From Phoronis australis (taxonomy: Eukaryota > Animalia > Phoronida), in NCBI GenBank assembly GCA_002633005.1, contig NMRA01000374.1:351653-415652 (forward strand): 64,000 nt of DNA, written 5' to 3'. The position numbers and the translations under genes are program-made. The notes under the pieces are model-generated. The model saw nothing but the letters and a program-made list of their open reading frames with translations, did no database searches and was not told the origin of the DNA. This document shows, in pieces, positions 1 through 12,100 of this stretch. The first letter of the stretch is position 1; every line of letters starts with the position of its first letter.

Positions 1-161
1 TGGAGGACATTGTATGGAGGACATTGTTTGTAGGACATTGTATGGAGGACATTGTATGGAGGACATTGTATGGAGGACATTGTATGGAGGACATTGTTTG
101 TAGGACATTGTATGGAGGACGTTGTATGGAGGACATTGTATGGAGGACATTGTATGGAGGA
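1..161. repeat. 14-bp minisatellite (TGGAGGACATTGTA)n, runs off the window start
   Basis: About 11 directly visible tandem copies with a TTTGTAGGAC variant; explains ORF 24..224. Confidence 0.95.
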
Positions 162-537
162 AATTGCAAATCTGACAAGATGCTTGCCTATGAGCTTGAG
201 TTTTTGGGTTTATTGAACCTCTAGTAATTGAACATTTTTAATTAATTGCAGTCTCTTTACGAGCCAGCAGGAGTTCATTGATTGCTGCTGTTGGATTTTT
301 CATTGCAAACTTTACACTTGTTTGATGAAGGCGTAGTTATATTAACTGTTTTGATATTAATGCTGTGTGTGTCAACTGTCAGCGGCTGCAAATCCACCTT
401 CCATATCAGAAATATTTTGGTTTAGACCACTACACTTATGATACTTGGCTCAATTTTCCTGACTCATACTTGTGGGGATCTGTGTACTTGGGAAGAACTG
501 ACGGTTTGTTATTGCTTGAGAGTTGGCTAGTTGTGGT

Positions 538-656
538 GGTCACATTATGCACCCAGGATGGTCTCCTGGGTCACATTATGCGCCCAGGGTGGTCTCCTGG
601 GTCACGTTATGTACCCAGGGCGGTCACCTGGGTCATAACGCCCAGGATGGTCTCCA
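538..656. repeat. ~30-bp tandem repeat (GGTCACATTATGCACCCAGGATGGTCTCCTG), ~4 copies
   Basis: Seen directly. Confidence 0.85.
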
Positions 657-1302
657 GCAATAACAACCTGTCAGTTCATTCCAAGAAATCACTTCTCATC
701 TGAGTAAAAAATCACACCCAGACCAGTTTTATGGTGGTATGCAATCTAAATAAAAAGGTGCTTCACATACGGCACTGTCATTGAGGCTTCTTGGTAGAGT
801 TTGTACCAAATGAATGCTCATGTGTTATGAACAGTCGTACAATTGGATAGGTGTTGTCGTATACTGATATGATGCGCCCAAGAAAAGTCATGTTTCAAAT
901 ATCCTGGAGTTAAAACCATGTTAATTTTTTATGTTTTACTGATATTTAATCACTGTTGCTGCCTGTATCCATTGTTGTATGGATACCGGGGTTACGCTCG
1001 ACGTCATTATGGTATCATTGCAAGTTTGCTGAGGTCACATGTAGCCTAAGTTCTCGTCAGCGATCTCAACAAGCTTGGTTTTGACTCAAATGAGACTAAG
1101 AAGTAGCCCATTCTAAAAAGTCAATAACTTTGGAAATCTGTGAATTTTCCAAGGAAACATTCACAGTTAATTCCAATTCCTTAATCTTCTGGTAATTTCC
1201 TTCCAACTTGTAACATGACTTTGTCCAAACATGACAGAGATGGCGAGGTTTTTTGGAAACTTGTGCTGCACTTGTGACCGTCATTGTATTTGTTTGTTGT
1301 AG

Positions 1303-4300
1303 ACGGCATTGAACCGTGGGAGCTGGAAGAATTTCTGGCAGTAATTTTAAATCAAGAATTTGACACAGTGGTCGATGATGGTAGTTTACAACAGGTGAGC
1401 ATACTGGGTAATATGTGCATTGAATCACTGTATGGTCCAAACTTGTTTCATTGTAAGCCATCTGATCACTATTGTTTGTTTATGAAAAGTTAACTTCTGG
1501 CATCTTTTTCATAAGAAAATTCATATTAAAACAAATAGGTAGTTTTTCTTGACTCTTGTATTGCTTTTCACTATTAACAGTGTCCAGATCAGTTGACTGG
1601 CTATGTTTAGGTCAAACTCAATATTAACACACTCACTTGTTTTAATCAAAAGTTGAAAAAAATACCATGTATTATACATCATTGTGAAGCTCATAAAATC
1701 AGCTTCATCTCTATCATAAGAATCAGCAAGATGATTATGATATATGCTGCTGATGACAAATGGAACACAGGTAACGGTGTAAAATAAAACAGTTTTCAAT
1801 GTTCTCATCTCATGCAAATAAACACAAAGAGCCAAAATATAAGACCATAAGTCAAGTAAAACAAGGGTAGGATTGCTTTGAATTCATTATTAAGTATCCA
1901 TTTCAAACAAGAAGCCACAGAACACCACGTGGATCAAGACAAGTTACCAATGTGCAGGAAGTCAGAAAATCCCTGGGTCAATTGGCCAATCACAAACAGT
2001 CTTTCATGAATACTTGGAATCTTATGCTTGTCTGCAAGCAACCCAACCTAATCAGGCCCTTTTAAATTTTCTGATTGGTCATTATTTTTGATTGAGTTTG
2101 ACCTACTTTGGTGAATGCTAGACAGACGGAGGACTCCAGCACTAGCCAGCCAGCCTGGAATGTTGATACCAGATAAACATCTGGTTATCAGGACTTTAAT
2201 ATACACCTATTTTTTTCTGGTTTTTATTTACTATTTCAATCAAATCTTTGACAAAATTCACTTGATGAATTTCACTGAAATTTGTCCACTGTGAGAGATA
2301 ATTTTAAAAAAAGTTCATTAGAGTTTTAAGAGCAAAAATTTTCAACTAGGGTTTACTGAGATATTTTTTCTTTTCTTTTTGTTTCTGATTTCTTTGGCTC
2401 GGCTTGAATTTGCTGACAGTTTTTGAAACTACTGCACAATGTAAAACTAGATCATGCTAGTGATTGTTTTATCACACAGTAGATGGGAAAGATGGTTTCT
2501 AAATGCAACCATTCGCTTGCGAGCTGCGTAAAGTTGGTGTAATTTCACGAAATATCATTTAGTGTTTAAAAGGAGATTCTCACAATTGATAGTGACCAGT
2601 GCGTAAGGTGCATGGAAGAACACTTAGAGATCCTGATTTTTCATTTTCAAAAACAGAAATCTGATTTAGCAAAAGTAAAATTCTATTTTTTTCTGTTTTG
2701 TAAGTAAATTTTGTTTCACAAGTGATGATTAAAAATAGCATAGAAATGATCTTGGAACTGCCTTTCTTTTTCCACTGAATTTCGTCAAAGCTCCATTTGA
2801 CCAATCACTTACTCCATGCACCATGTATATTATTGCTCTAACTTGTTAAAACAAGTGCCACCTACTTGAACATGTTGTGGCCAGAATGTTGGAATTTAAT
2901 GGATTATAAAGCTAAGAATATTAGAATGACGGTGTCTAGTTGTGAAGTAAGACAATGAATGACCTTCAAAACCTCTTATTCCGTTAAAAAAGTCAAATTC
3001 CATGAGTTCTGTCTGTTTTCTGTTATTCCAGAAAATCAGGATCTTTTAGCTCTTCATTGCTCACTCTTAATAGACTGTGTAGCATGTTAAAATGTTTCTC
3101 TTTCTTTTTGTTTAGATTGCAACAGACATTTGTGGCTATTTTAGACTATGCTCATCAGGGAAAAATGATGATGTCCTAGAAAGGATACGCAGGTTAAAGA
3201 AGCCAGCTTTAGACCGATGTGTACAGGAGACTTGTGAAGACAGTGACGAGGTTAACTTTCATCTTGTATCTTTGGTGTTTGTATAATTTCTTTTCATGTA
3301 CACTTTTCAAATATTTTGTCAAATGGGTGGCAATGAGGCAGTGCCTGAGCCTCTGTAGCTTGGCAGGAAGTAGCCAGGTGCTCAGAGAAAGGTGTTTCCT
3401 GGACTTTTTCTTGTAGGGCAAAGGGAACAATTTACAGAGAGCCACGTTGATTGGTCAAAAGATGGCAGTAGGGGTGGCTCCCGGATGGCTCCTCAGCTCC
3501 CTTCAGCCATCCACTTTTAATTGTATGGATTCTATGATTTGAATTTGCCTAACCTCAAAAAGTATGTGAGTCAGCAGTGACGATGACACCTGAGGTGGAA
3601 AGGTGTGAAAATCTCCTTAGCATTTTTATTTTTACCTTGTTGCCAAATCAGGGTATTTAGCCAAATATCTGCGAAGCTAATATTGAAAGTCAGTAAGAGT
3701 ACTTGTTGTCTTGAAGTAGAAAGCATGTAAAATTCCATTTTTGACTTTTTACCAGTCTGCCTCAATTTTTGATTCGAGCAATGTTTTATCTTTAATACCC
3801 AAGTAAATGTATATGGTTTTTATTTGATATACTCAATAGTATTATAATTGAGATATTTGTAAATTAATGATGTATGTTACAGGAAGAGAAATTTAGTCAG
3901 TCAAGAGACCCACCACATCCAAGTCAGGTAGCACATGACGTAGAGGAAATGTCAATAGACGAATCGGAAAATACATCAGAGGGGGCTGCATGCAGTATGG
4001 AAGAAGGTAATGGTTAGTTGTATTGCACGGATTGTAGGGCTACAGGGGAGACAAACCTTGTGCACACTTTAAGGTAGTGATTGATGGAGTTTTGTATGGC
4101 CTGGAATGTAGGGCTACAGGGGAGACAAACCTTGTGCACACTTTAAGGCAGTGACTGATGGAGTTAATGGTGGTTTTGGAATTGTCCAAAACCAAACTTT
4201 AAATGTTTTGAATAATTCTCTTTTTACTGTCATCACGGCTAATTATGTTTACAGCAAAAACAATTGGCAGTGACTATTGTAATAGCAAATTTTTAATTAC

Positions 4301-4909
4301 AGAGTAGCTTAGCCACCTTTTAAGTTCCCTGTTAGCTCCCCCTTTTGGTTGTGATGGAAGGCTATTCTGATATTGGGTTCAACTTTCGCCCACCTGTCCT
4401 GACTGGAAATTATGCTTCATGTTGTCTGAATATTTTTGACATGTACTGTATCTACAATGATTATTTTGTTACACCTCGAGTACGTCTAAAAAGTACATTT
4501 TGAAAACTGACCTCATTGAGAGAAAGACTTAAGGAGTCAGGCAAGGGTTTAATTGTAAAATGCTGAAATAAGTGATGGAATAAAGGATCCATTGCTTTGG
4601 TCTACTTGATAATTATAATGTTCCAGATTATGTGTATGTGCAGCAAATTGATTTTTATTGTTTATAATTATGTGAATGTGCTTTATTAAATGGCAAGACT
4701 ACTCAAATGGTTCAAGAAAAAATCACTCTGAAATTTTTGTCACTTGTCCGATAGGGCTGAAGTTACACTGAGCACTGCTTCAGTAAATTTGTCTATTACC
4801 CTGCATCTTGCTTCGTACAAGCTCTTTATATACACTGTAGATTCTAATGTTAAAACTTGTTTCAGACGATGGCTGGGAGGTAGTTCAAAGGAAAGGGAAG
4901 AGGAAATGA
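1303..4909 (+). CDS. TSR2: Pre-rRNA-processing protein TSR2 homolog, 3' four coding exons (5' exons lie upstream of the window)
   Basis: Exons 1303-1394 (GIEPWELEEFLAVILNQEFDTVVDDGSLQQ, matching the TSR2 'EFDTVVEDGSL' motif), 3116-3250 (IATDICGYFRLC...EDSDE), 3883-4006 (acidic low-complexity) and 4866-4909 (DDGWEVVQRKGKRK*, the typical TSR2 DGW-xxV-basic C-terminus). All introns are GT-AG with consistent phases (0,0,1). Confidence 0.9.
4033..4165. repeat. Two ~60-bp direct copies (TGTAGGGCTACAGGGGAGACAAACC...) in a TSR2 intron
   Basis: Seen directly at ~4033 and ~4107. Confidence 0.8.
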
Positions 4910-6357
4910 CTGCTTGGCAACGATGTCGATATGGCAACAGTGACGGTCTTATGGAGCTGTGACATCTCAATGATAATCGTGTTTCGATATAATCTCCCTG
5001 AATGTCCTTAACTGCTACGTGACCTGTAGTCGATACCAGATCTGTATTACATACTGTCAGTCTTAATACTTACCTGAAGAACTGATTGTTGGACAGCACA
5101 TGCTGTGGACTGATGCTGCACCATTCGGGTCAGGTCACTCTTTCTTCATGCAAGAGGAACCCGTGTTGTGTTTAAGATTAAGTTTGTGTTATAACTCAAT
5201 ATTGGTAGACTGTGATGAGTGAATACCATTTTCCGAAATTATTTTTTCTGTTTTAGCAGTAATTATCCGGTGCCTAATTTGTCAGTAAAATGGTCGATAT
5301 TTTATATAAAGCAAATACAGCACCAGAAAATTTGTTTGACCAGCAGTGAAAGGAAAAACTGCATGTCAGTGCGGTTGAAATTAAACATGTAGCTATTTAT
5401 GTGAGTTGCAATGAACAGTAAAGAATAAAATGACTTAAGTACAATTTTATTATTTTACATAAACTTATTGTATTGTCCACAAATGCCATTGTTCAACCTC
5501 TAGTATACTGTCTGGAATATTGAACAGAGTATGATCATCATGCATAACCATGACTTACGTATAGTTTATAACAATCTTTCATTTGAGACTTGGTGGGCTA
5601 ATACTTTAAAACAAAAGTACCAATAAATATCAACACAATGAGATCATTACATACTTTGCTCGGAACTACAATTAAGATCACAAATGCACAAGATTATTTG
5701 ACAATTAACAATAAAATGGTTGTTATAGAGATTTTAGAAATGTACAATATCTTGCCATTCAGCTAATCTTCTTGATTTAAACTACAGTTAAACTGATTCA
5801 AGCAAGTCAGATCCAACCAGACTAAGAGATATCGGAATACAGTGGAATCTGACTTGTCTGAAGGGACCAGTCCACGAGTTAAAATGATTGCACTGCTTAA
5901 ATTTGTCCGAGTTCTGTGAACATCCAACTTGTGCATGTCTTGACTCATGCGAGTAATGAAAGAGTGGCATCAAATGCTTCACCAGTGGAATGTGTCTTTC
6001 AACAACAGCCTGAACACATGTTACTCTACAGAATCAAAATTAGTATGCAGAGGTGATGACAACACAAAGACCTTTAATTATCACTTAACAAAATTCAAAA
6101 TGAACAACTTGCAACAAACCAGCAACTAATGAAATACGTGGTTGGTGCCTACTAGCTAAGCCGAGCAATTTAGAGATTAGATGTAAGAAGATCAAAATAT
6201 TACACATTTCATTTTACAAAAAGTTTGATTTCCAGAGATATTAAAACCAGTCATCTATAGGAAAAGTGAGTACTCCTTAGAGACCTCTCATTTCACACAA
6301 TAACATGAAGACTGTTGGAACGTTTAGACAGTTGACAAATGAAATAAGGTGTTGACA

Positions 6358-9086
6358 CCAGGTCTTGTTTCTGTGGTTATATTGTGGCCAGCATGGAGCT
6401 TGTAATTGTTATTTATGTCTTGATGAACCACTTGTCTTGAATGTTTTGTTGTTTAATGCTCAACATAGCTTCAGCCTAAAACTAAGTATAGGAAACACAA
6501 GCACCAGGGGTTTGTTTTTATCAAAGAATGGGTTGGAACTGTTATAGTTTGGGTTTCACTTGTACATGGTTCATCAAAGTGATTTAAGGGGCTATTAAAC
6601 CTGTGTTCTGTCAAATAAGCGAACTTTTGATTCAGGCCATTTGCTGCTGTAAACTTGGTCTCAACTAATTCATCGTTATTAGTTGAAACCATGCTTAGTG
6701 CATGAAATGACAGACTAACTTGCAGAGCAAAATATGAACTGTCAGTTTTATCAAAGCTTTGAAATCCTCTCCAGTTAAACTATTGAACAATTAGAGACCA
6801 ATTTCATTAAGATGAGTTGCCTAAATCAAAAGTTGGTTTTCGTGATGGGAGGTGAGTTAAGGTTATATAAGACCGTAGGATAAAGTCCAATTTTTGCCTC
6901 CTTCGGAACATAGTCTCAGAAATGACTGGTCCGATTCATATGAAAACTTCAGTTGGTATTATAATACCTTATGCAGTCACTGTTCTTCAAGAATGCTGTT
7001 AAGAAGTGTTTTTAAAAAGTTCCACTTTTGCTCGAGGGGCTATCAAAAAATAGGACTGCATGATTTTTATGAAAAAAAATTATCAAAAACAAAGCGATAA
7101 TTTAGAAAACTGCAAAAGCATTTTTGAGATTTCATCTACATTTACATCATATAAAATTAGTTATGTTATTGTTTTGCTATAAATGTACCTTTCGTTTTTA
7201 CTAAATTTCACTTAAAAAAGCTTGGTCATGTGAATTAATTACTGGCGGATTGGTATAAAGTCAAATGTCAAATTTTACAGAATTTCTATTTCCAGAAAAT
7301 GTATACTTTTGCCAAGTTAAATCCCATAATTTTCAAGATATTTGGCTATTTATATCATTCTGCAGACCTGTCAATATGTTCTTACATAACCTTCAAGCCA
7401 CTTTAAGTCTTCTGGAAATTGCTGAAAGTGACAAACGAGATCACAATATTTTGCCTTTAAAATGCAACATCTCCCTGATGTAAGCTGCCAAACCAAACAG
7501 ACAACTTAAAACCGTAAATGCACTTAGGTGTGGTCTAATCAGTAAACAGAGAAAAAAAAACTAAATGTCNCAAACTTGAAATTTGAGCATAGACTCCAAA
7601 TTTTTACTCAAAATCGTACTCGAAATATAGATGAGATACACTTCAGTTCGAGTACACTCGAAAACTGAGTACGTGCTCGAAATTTCGAGTACAGATTTTT
7701 CGAGTATGACATTGAATACACCAAAGCTGAGTCTGTACTCGAGTTGAGTATGAAGTGTGAGTTTGAGCATGATTCGAGTCTGAGTACGGAGATTGGAGAC
7801 CGGGCCCAGGTCTTGTTTCTGTGGTTATATTGTGGCCAGCATGGAGCTTGTAATTGTTATTTATGTCTTGATGAATCACTTGTCTTGAATGTTTTGTTGT
7901 TTAATGCTCAACATAGCTTCAGCCTAAAACTAAGTATAGGAAACACAAGCACCAGGGGTTTGTTTTTATCAAAGAATGGGTTGGAACTGTTATAGTTTGG
8001 GTTTCACTGGAACACGGTTCATCAAAGTGATTTATGGGGCTATAAACCTGTGTTCTGTCAAAAAAGCGAACTTTTGATTCAGGCCATTTGCTGCTGTAAA
8101 CTTGGTCTCAACTAATTCATCGTTATTAGTTGAAACCATGCTTAGTGCATGAAATGACAGACTAACTTGCAGAGCAAAATATGAACTGTCAGTTTTATCA
8201 AAGCTCTGAAATCCTCTCCAGTTAAACTATTGAACAATTAGAGACCAATTTCATTAAGATGAGTTGTCTAAATCAAAAGCTGGTTTTTGTGATGGAAGGT
8301 GGGTTAAGATTATGTAAGACCCAAGGAAAATATCCAATTTTTGCCTCCTTCGGAACATCGTCTCAGAAATGACTGGTCCGATTCATATGAAAACTTCAGT
8401 TACTATTATAATACCTTATGCAGTCACTGTTCTTCAAAAATGCTGCTAAGAAGTGTTTTTAAAAAGTTCCACTTTTGCTCGAGGGGCTATCAAAAAATAG
8501 GACTGCATGATTTTTATGAAAAAAATCAAAGAAAAAGCGATAATTTAGAAAACTGCAAAAGCATTTTTGAGAGTTTATGTACATTTACATTATATAAAAT
8601 TAGTTATGTTATTGGTTTGCTGAGGGCCCCCATGGAAAGCAGTGTGAACTGCTGGGGCTAGCCTCATTGTAAATATTACATTAATAATAATAATAACAAA
8701 TAAATATACCTTTTGTTTTTACTAAATTTCCCTTAAAAAAGCTTGGTCATGTGAACTAATTACTGGCGGATTGGTATAAAGTCAAACGTCAAATTTTACA
8801 GAATTTCTATTTTCAGAAAATGTATACTTTTGCCAAGTTAAATCCCATAATTTTCAAGATATTTGGCTATTTATATCTGCAGACCTGTCAATACGTTCTT
8901 ACATAACCTTCAACCCACTTTAAGTCTTCTGGAAATTGCTGAGGGTGACAAACGAGATCACAATATTTTGCCTTTAAAATGCAACATCTCCCTGATGTAA
9001 GCTGCCAAACCAAACAGACAACTTAAAGCCGTAAATGCACTTAGGTGTGGTCTAATCAGTAAACAGAGAAAAAAAAACTAAATGTC
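6358..9086. repeat. ~1.2-kb near-identical tandem duplication (6358-7569 vs 7806-9086), probably an uncollapsed haplotype overlap
   Basis: The copies align with scattered SNPs and a ~70-bp indel at ~8622-8700. They are separated by a single N at 7570 and a CTCGAG-rich repeat fragment at 7571-7805. Confidence 0.85.
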
Positions 9087-9116
9087 CAGAACCTGACACA
9101 AGGCAGTTACAGCTAC

Positions 9117-12100
9117 CTATTTTGCTTTCTTCATCTGTTTCTCTCTAAACTGTAGAATGTGTTTGACCAGAGAGCCAGGTCGATCCATGTTACAAGAATG
9201 ACCGCACTTCTCAATGATGTCAACTTGCTGAAGATTAGGCAGCGTTTCCCTCAGCACATCCACACCAGACACATCAATCAGCTACAACAAAGCCAAGTGC
9301 ACGCCAGTTAAATGAGTAATGCGAAATTCACTGTGTGACACTAGGGAGACAGTCCCACATGCATGCATTCAGGCGATCATGTGGTACCTTTAACCCACAG
9401 TCACCCTCGTGTGGGTGAACTGGTCTCTGCTCTCGATCCATTCAGAAGTTAAAAAGGAGGACTTTATATATCATTAGTATTACTATTAGCAACCCCTGTG
9501 GAAATTGAGCCACCCATTGCGAGATAACCAATTGAATTCGATCTATCATTTCCATGATTTTTTTCCATAAGCTCACAGCGTTTTTTTTTTAATTCTCCAT
9601 GATTAAACTCATTTCTCAGTGACATTTGTGCAAGGAATATATCGGTCAGCTTTCAGACATTAAATGCTACTGTCCGTCTGAGAATGGCGGGAAGGTGTAT
9701 TAAACAATCATAGACAAGGGGGGCTTTAAACAACCCCCAGTCATGGTGTCATACACGACTTGTAAATAACTAATAGGGCAGCCACTGTTTATCTTAATAC
9801 TTAATTAATCACAAAAAATAATCACATTTGTTAAATTGGCGATAGGACAAATTCCAAGGTAAAGCCTGGTGTAGCAAAATTCGGATATCTACGAAGAAAT
9901 TCACTAATTATAATAAAGACAGTTATGAGATACTTTTTGTAATATGCAATACCACACAGTGTACAGAGTGCAAAGATTTACGAGTTCAAATTACCGCCAT
10001 TGCACAATGTAGCCATGAAGAGAAAGGAATATGTTAGGAACTCACAACATCATGGCGTCCCCAGACAACTTGAGATGGCTGAACCACTAGTGACATCTGT
10101 TTTTCAATTTCATCTGCACTCTCATCATTGGCTAACTTCAGAAATACTGGAAGTGATTAGAAACCTTTGAGTTATAAATTCACAGAGCACTAGAAGGGAG
10201 AGTGCATTGGCATATGTTTACTTTAACTATAATCTGATGATAACAATGTCACCAGACCCACATGAGAGACCAGCCTGCTGAGAATCAATGCTAATACTCA
10301 GCTGGGTACCTGGATCTATGTATCAACGTGCTTGTGTGTCCTTCGGGAATCAACTAGCCAAACTTAAATAATTAAACTCTCTGCTGGCACAATTGATGAG
10401 AATACTAGAGTGCCGGGAAATGTCAAAAAATAACACAACCTTCAGTGTTATAAGAACAGCCATTATTATACATAGGTGATGACACAGCCATGAAATAACT
10501 GTGTTATCAAGCCGTGAAATACGTCAGAACTTCTTTAATTTCTGTATCTTCTGTCGAGAAGATAACCGTTATCTGCAGAGAAAGTATCCCTGGCAAAGTC
10601 ATAAGGATTACGATATTTGGCAGGCTAAATTCATAATAATTACGATAGTTGGTTTAACTCATCTCCTTATACGGTACCACTCACTGTTCTGTACTTCTGT
10701 TAGTGTCATCAATTCTTGAAAAACGCCTTTCAAATGACTACTGAACCAAACATATAGCACAAATAATAAACATATACCATCCAAAATCTTAATTTCAACA
10801 AACTTATTATGAAGAAAAAAGTCTGAAGGTCGGACTGAAAATAGGCAAACTTGATCGAAGATACAACTCATGTCATGGATAGACACTTAGCATAACATAA
10901 AGTCGCCACATGTGACCTGGCAATTCAAAGGTCGCCAAAGGAAACTGAGGTCACCAAACCTCGTTGGGAAGAGGCAAAAAAGAAATGAACAACAAACTTG
11001 AAGTGAAAAACTAGCAAACTCGGACAATGTTTGTTGGTGCACCCAAGATTGCTCGTACCACTCGTTTCTTTGCTCCTGCGGTAGGCGAACATGATCAGCA
11101 TAAGTTCCCTTATATATGTGCCATTCTGATTTTTGCCGAACAATTCAGACATCCCCCTGTTTACTTTCAGAAGTATTTTGAGACCGTCCTTGCATATGTG
11201 CCAGGCAGCGTTGTGGCGACCTGGAATTTTTACCAGGTCGCCAGACAAAATCAAAGGTCACCAAATCAACCCCTGACATACGGGGCACAAAACTAGCATA
11301 GAGCCTAATGGCAACTATTTTAGACTGGAGTATACACATTGGTTGTGAGAGTAATGTCTCTGTATTGACGGTGTGCAGCACTAGAGCTATTGGGGACTAA
11401 TCTAACGGTTTTAGATCTTGAACAGTGAGTTACCCTGAAAACAGACCAGAACTAAAAAAATCCAGACTGATTGTAACATGATGCAAATTTGATTGGAATA
11501 AATTACCAACTTACACTTTGTGTAAAAATCATTAAAAGGCTTTCTATTGTCCATAACTCCTTTAATCACCTGCAAGAAAAATTCCCAATGTATTATTGTG
11601 GACATTTCAAGGAATTAATACACTTTTTCAATAATGACAATCTTCTAGAAAGAAAATCACAATGGGTCAAAGTTCGAGACGTCCAAATTGACTTATATTG
11701 ATTGACACTCGAGAATAGATACATTATTCTGTGGGCAATCAAAGTTGAAAATCTACAATAAATGGAACAATTTACAATCATAATCAAGCCCTGTGTCCCA
11801 GTAATAAGCTCTACAATAACCAGTGTTACTGTGGTTATATATACCATTATCATGCTGGCGAATCCAGGATGTTGCTAGAGGGGCACAACCACAATGTTCG
11901 AAAGACAAATGCCTGAAGCATCCCTAAAATGACAGGCTAGCAAATAATGTTTTTGATTGACCTCAGAGGGGGGCTGCAAGCTAACCTAATTGAGCCTTGC
12001 TTGCACCATCATCAAAATTACTTATACCAGTTATTACCAATATTTTTATCTTACTAGTTTTGGTAACTTAGGCTTGTAATACATGGTTGAGTTCATCATC

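Noticed and set aside
10659-10886. ORF segment GVFQELMTLTEVQNSEW as a candidate ABHD6 exon
   Set aside because: It has a poor acceptor and runs to a stop; exon 10146-10046 fits phase and homology (VWGRHD) instead.
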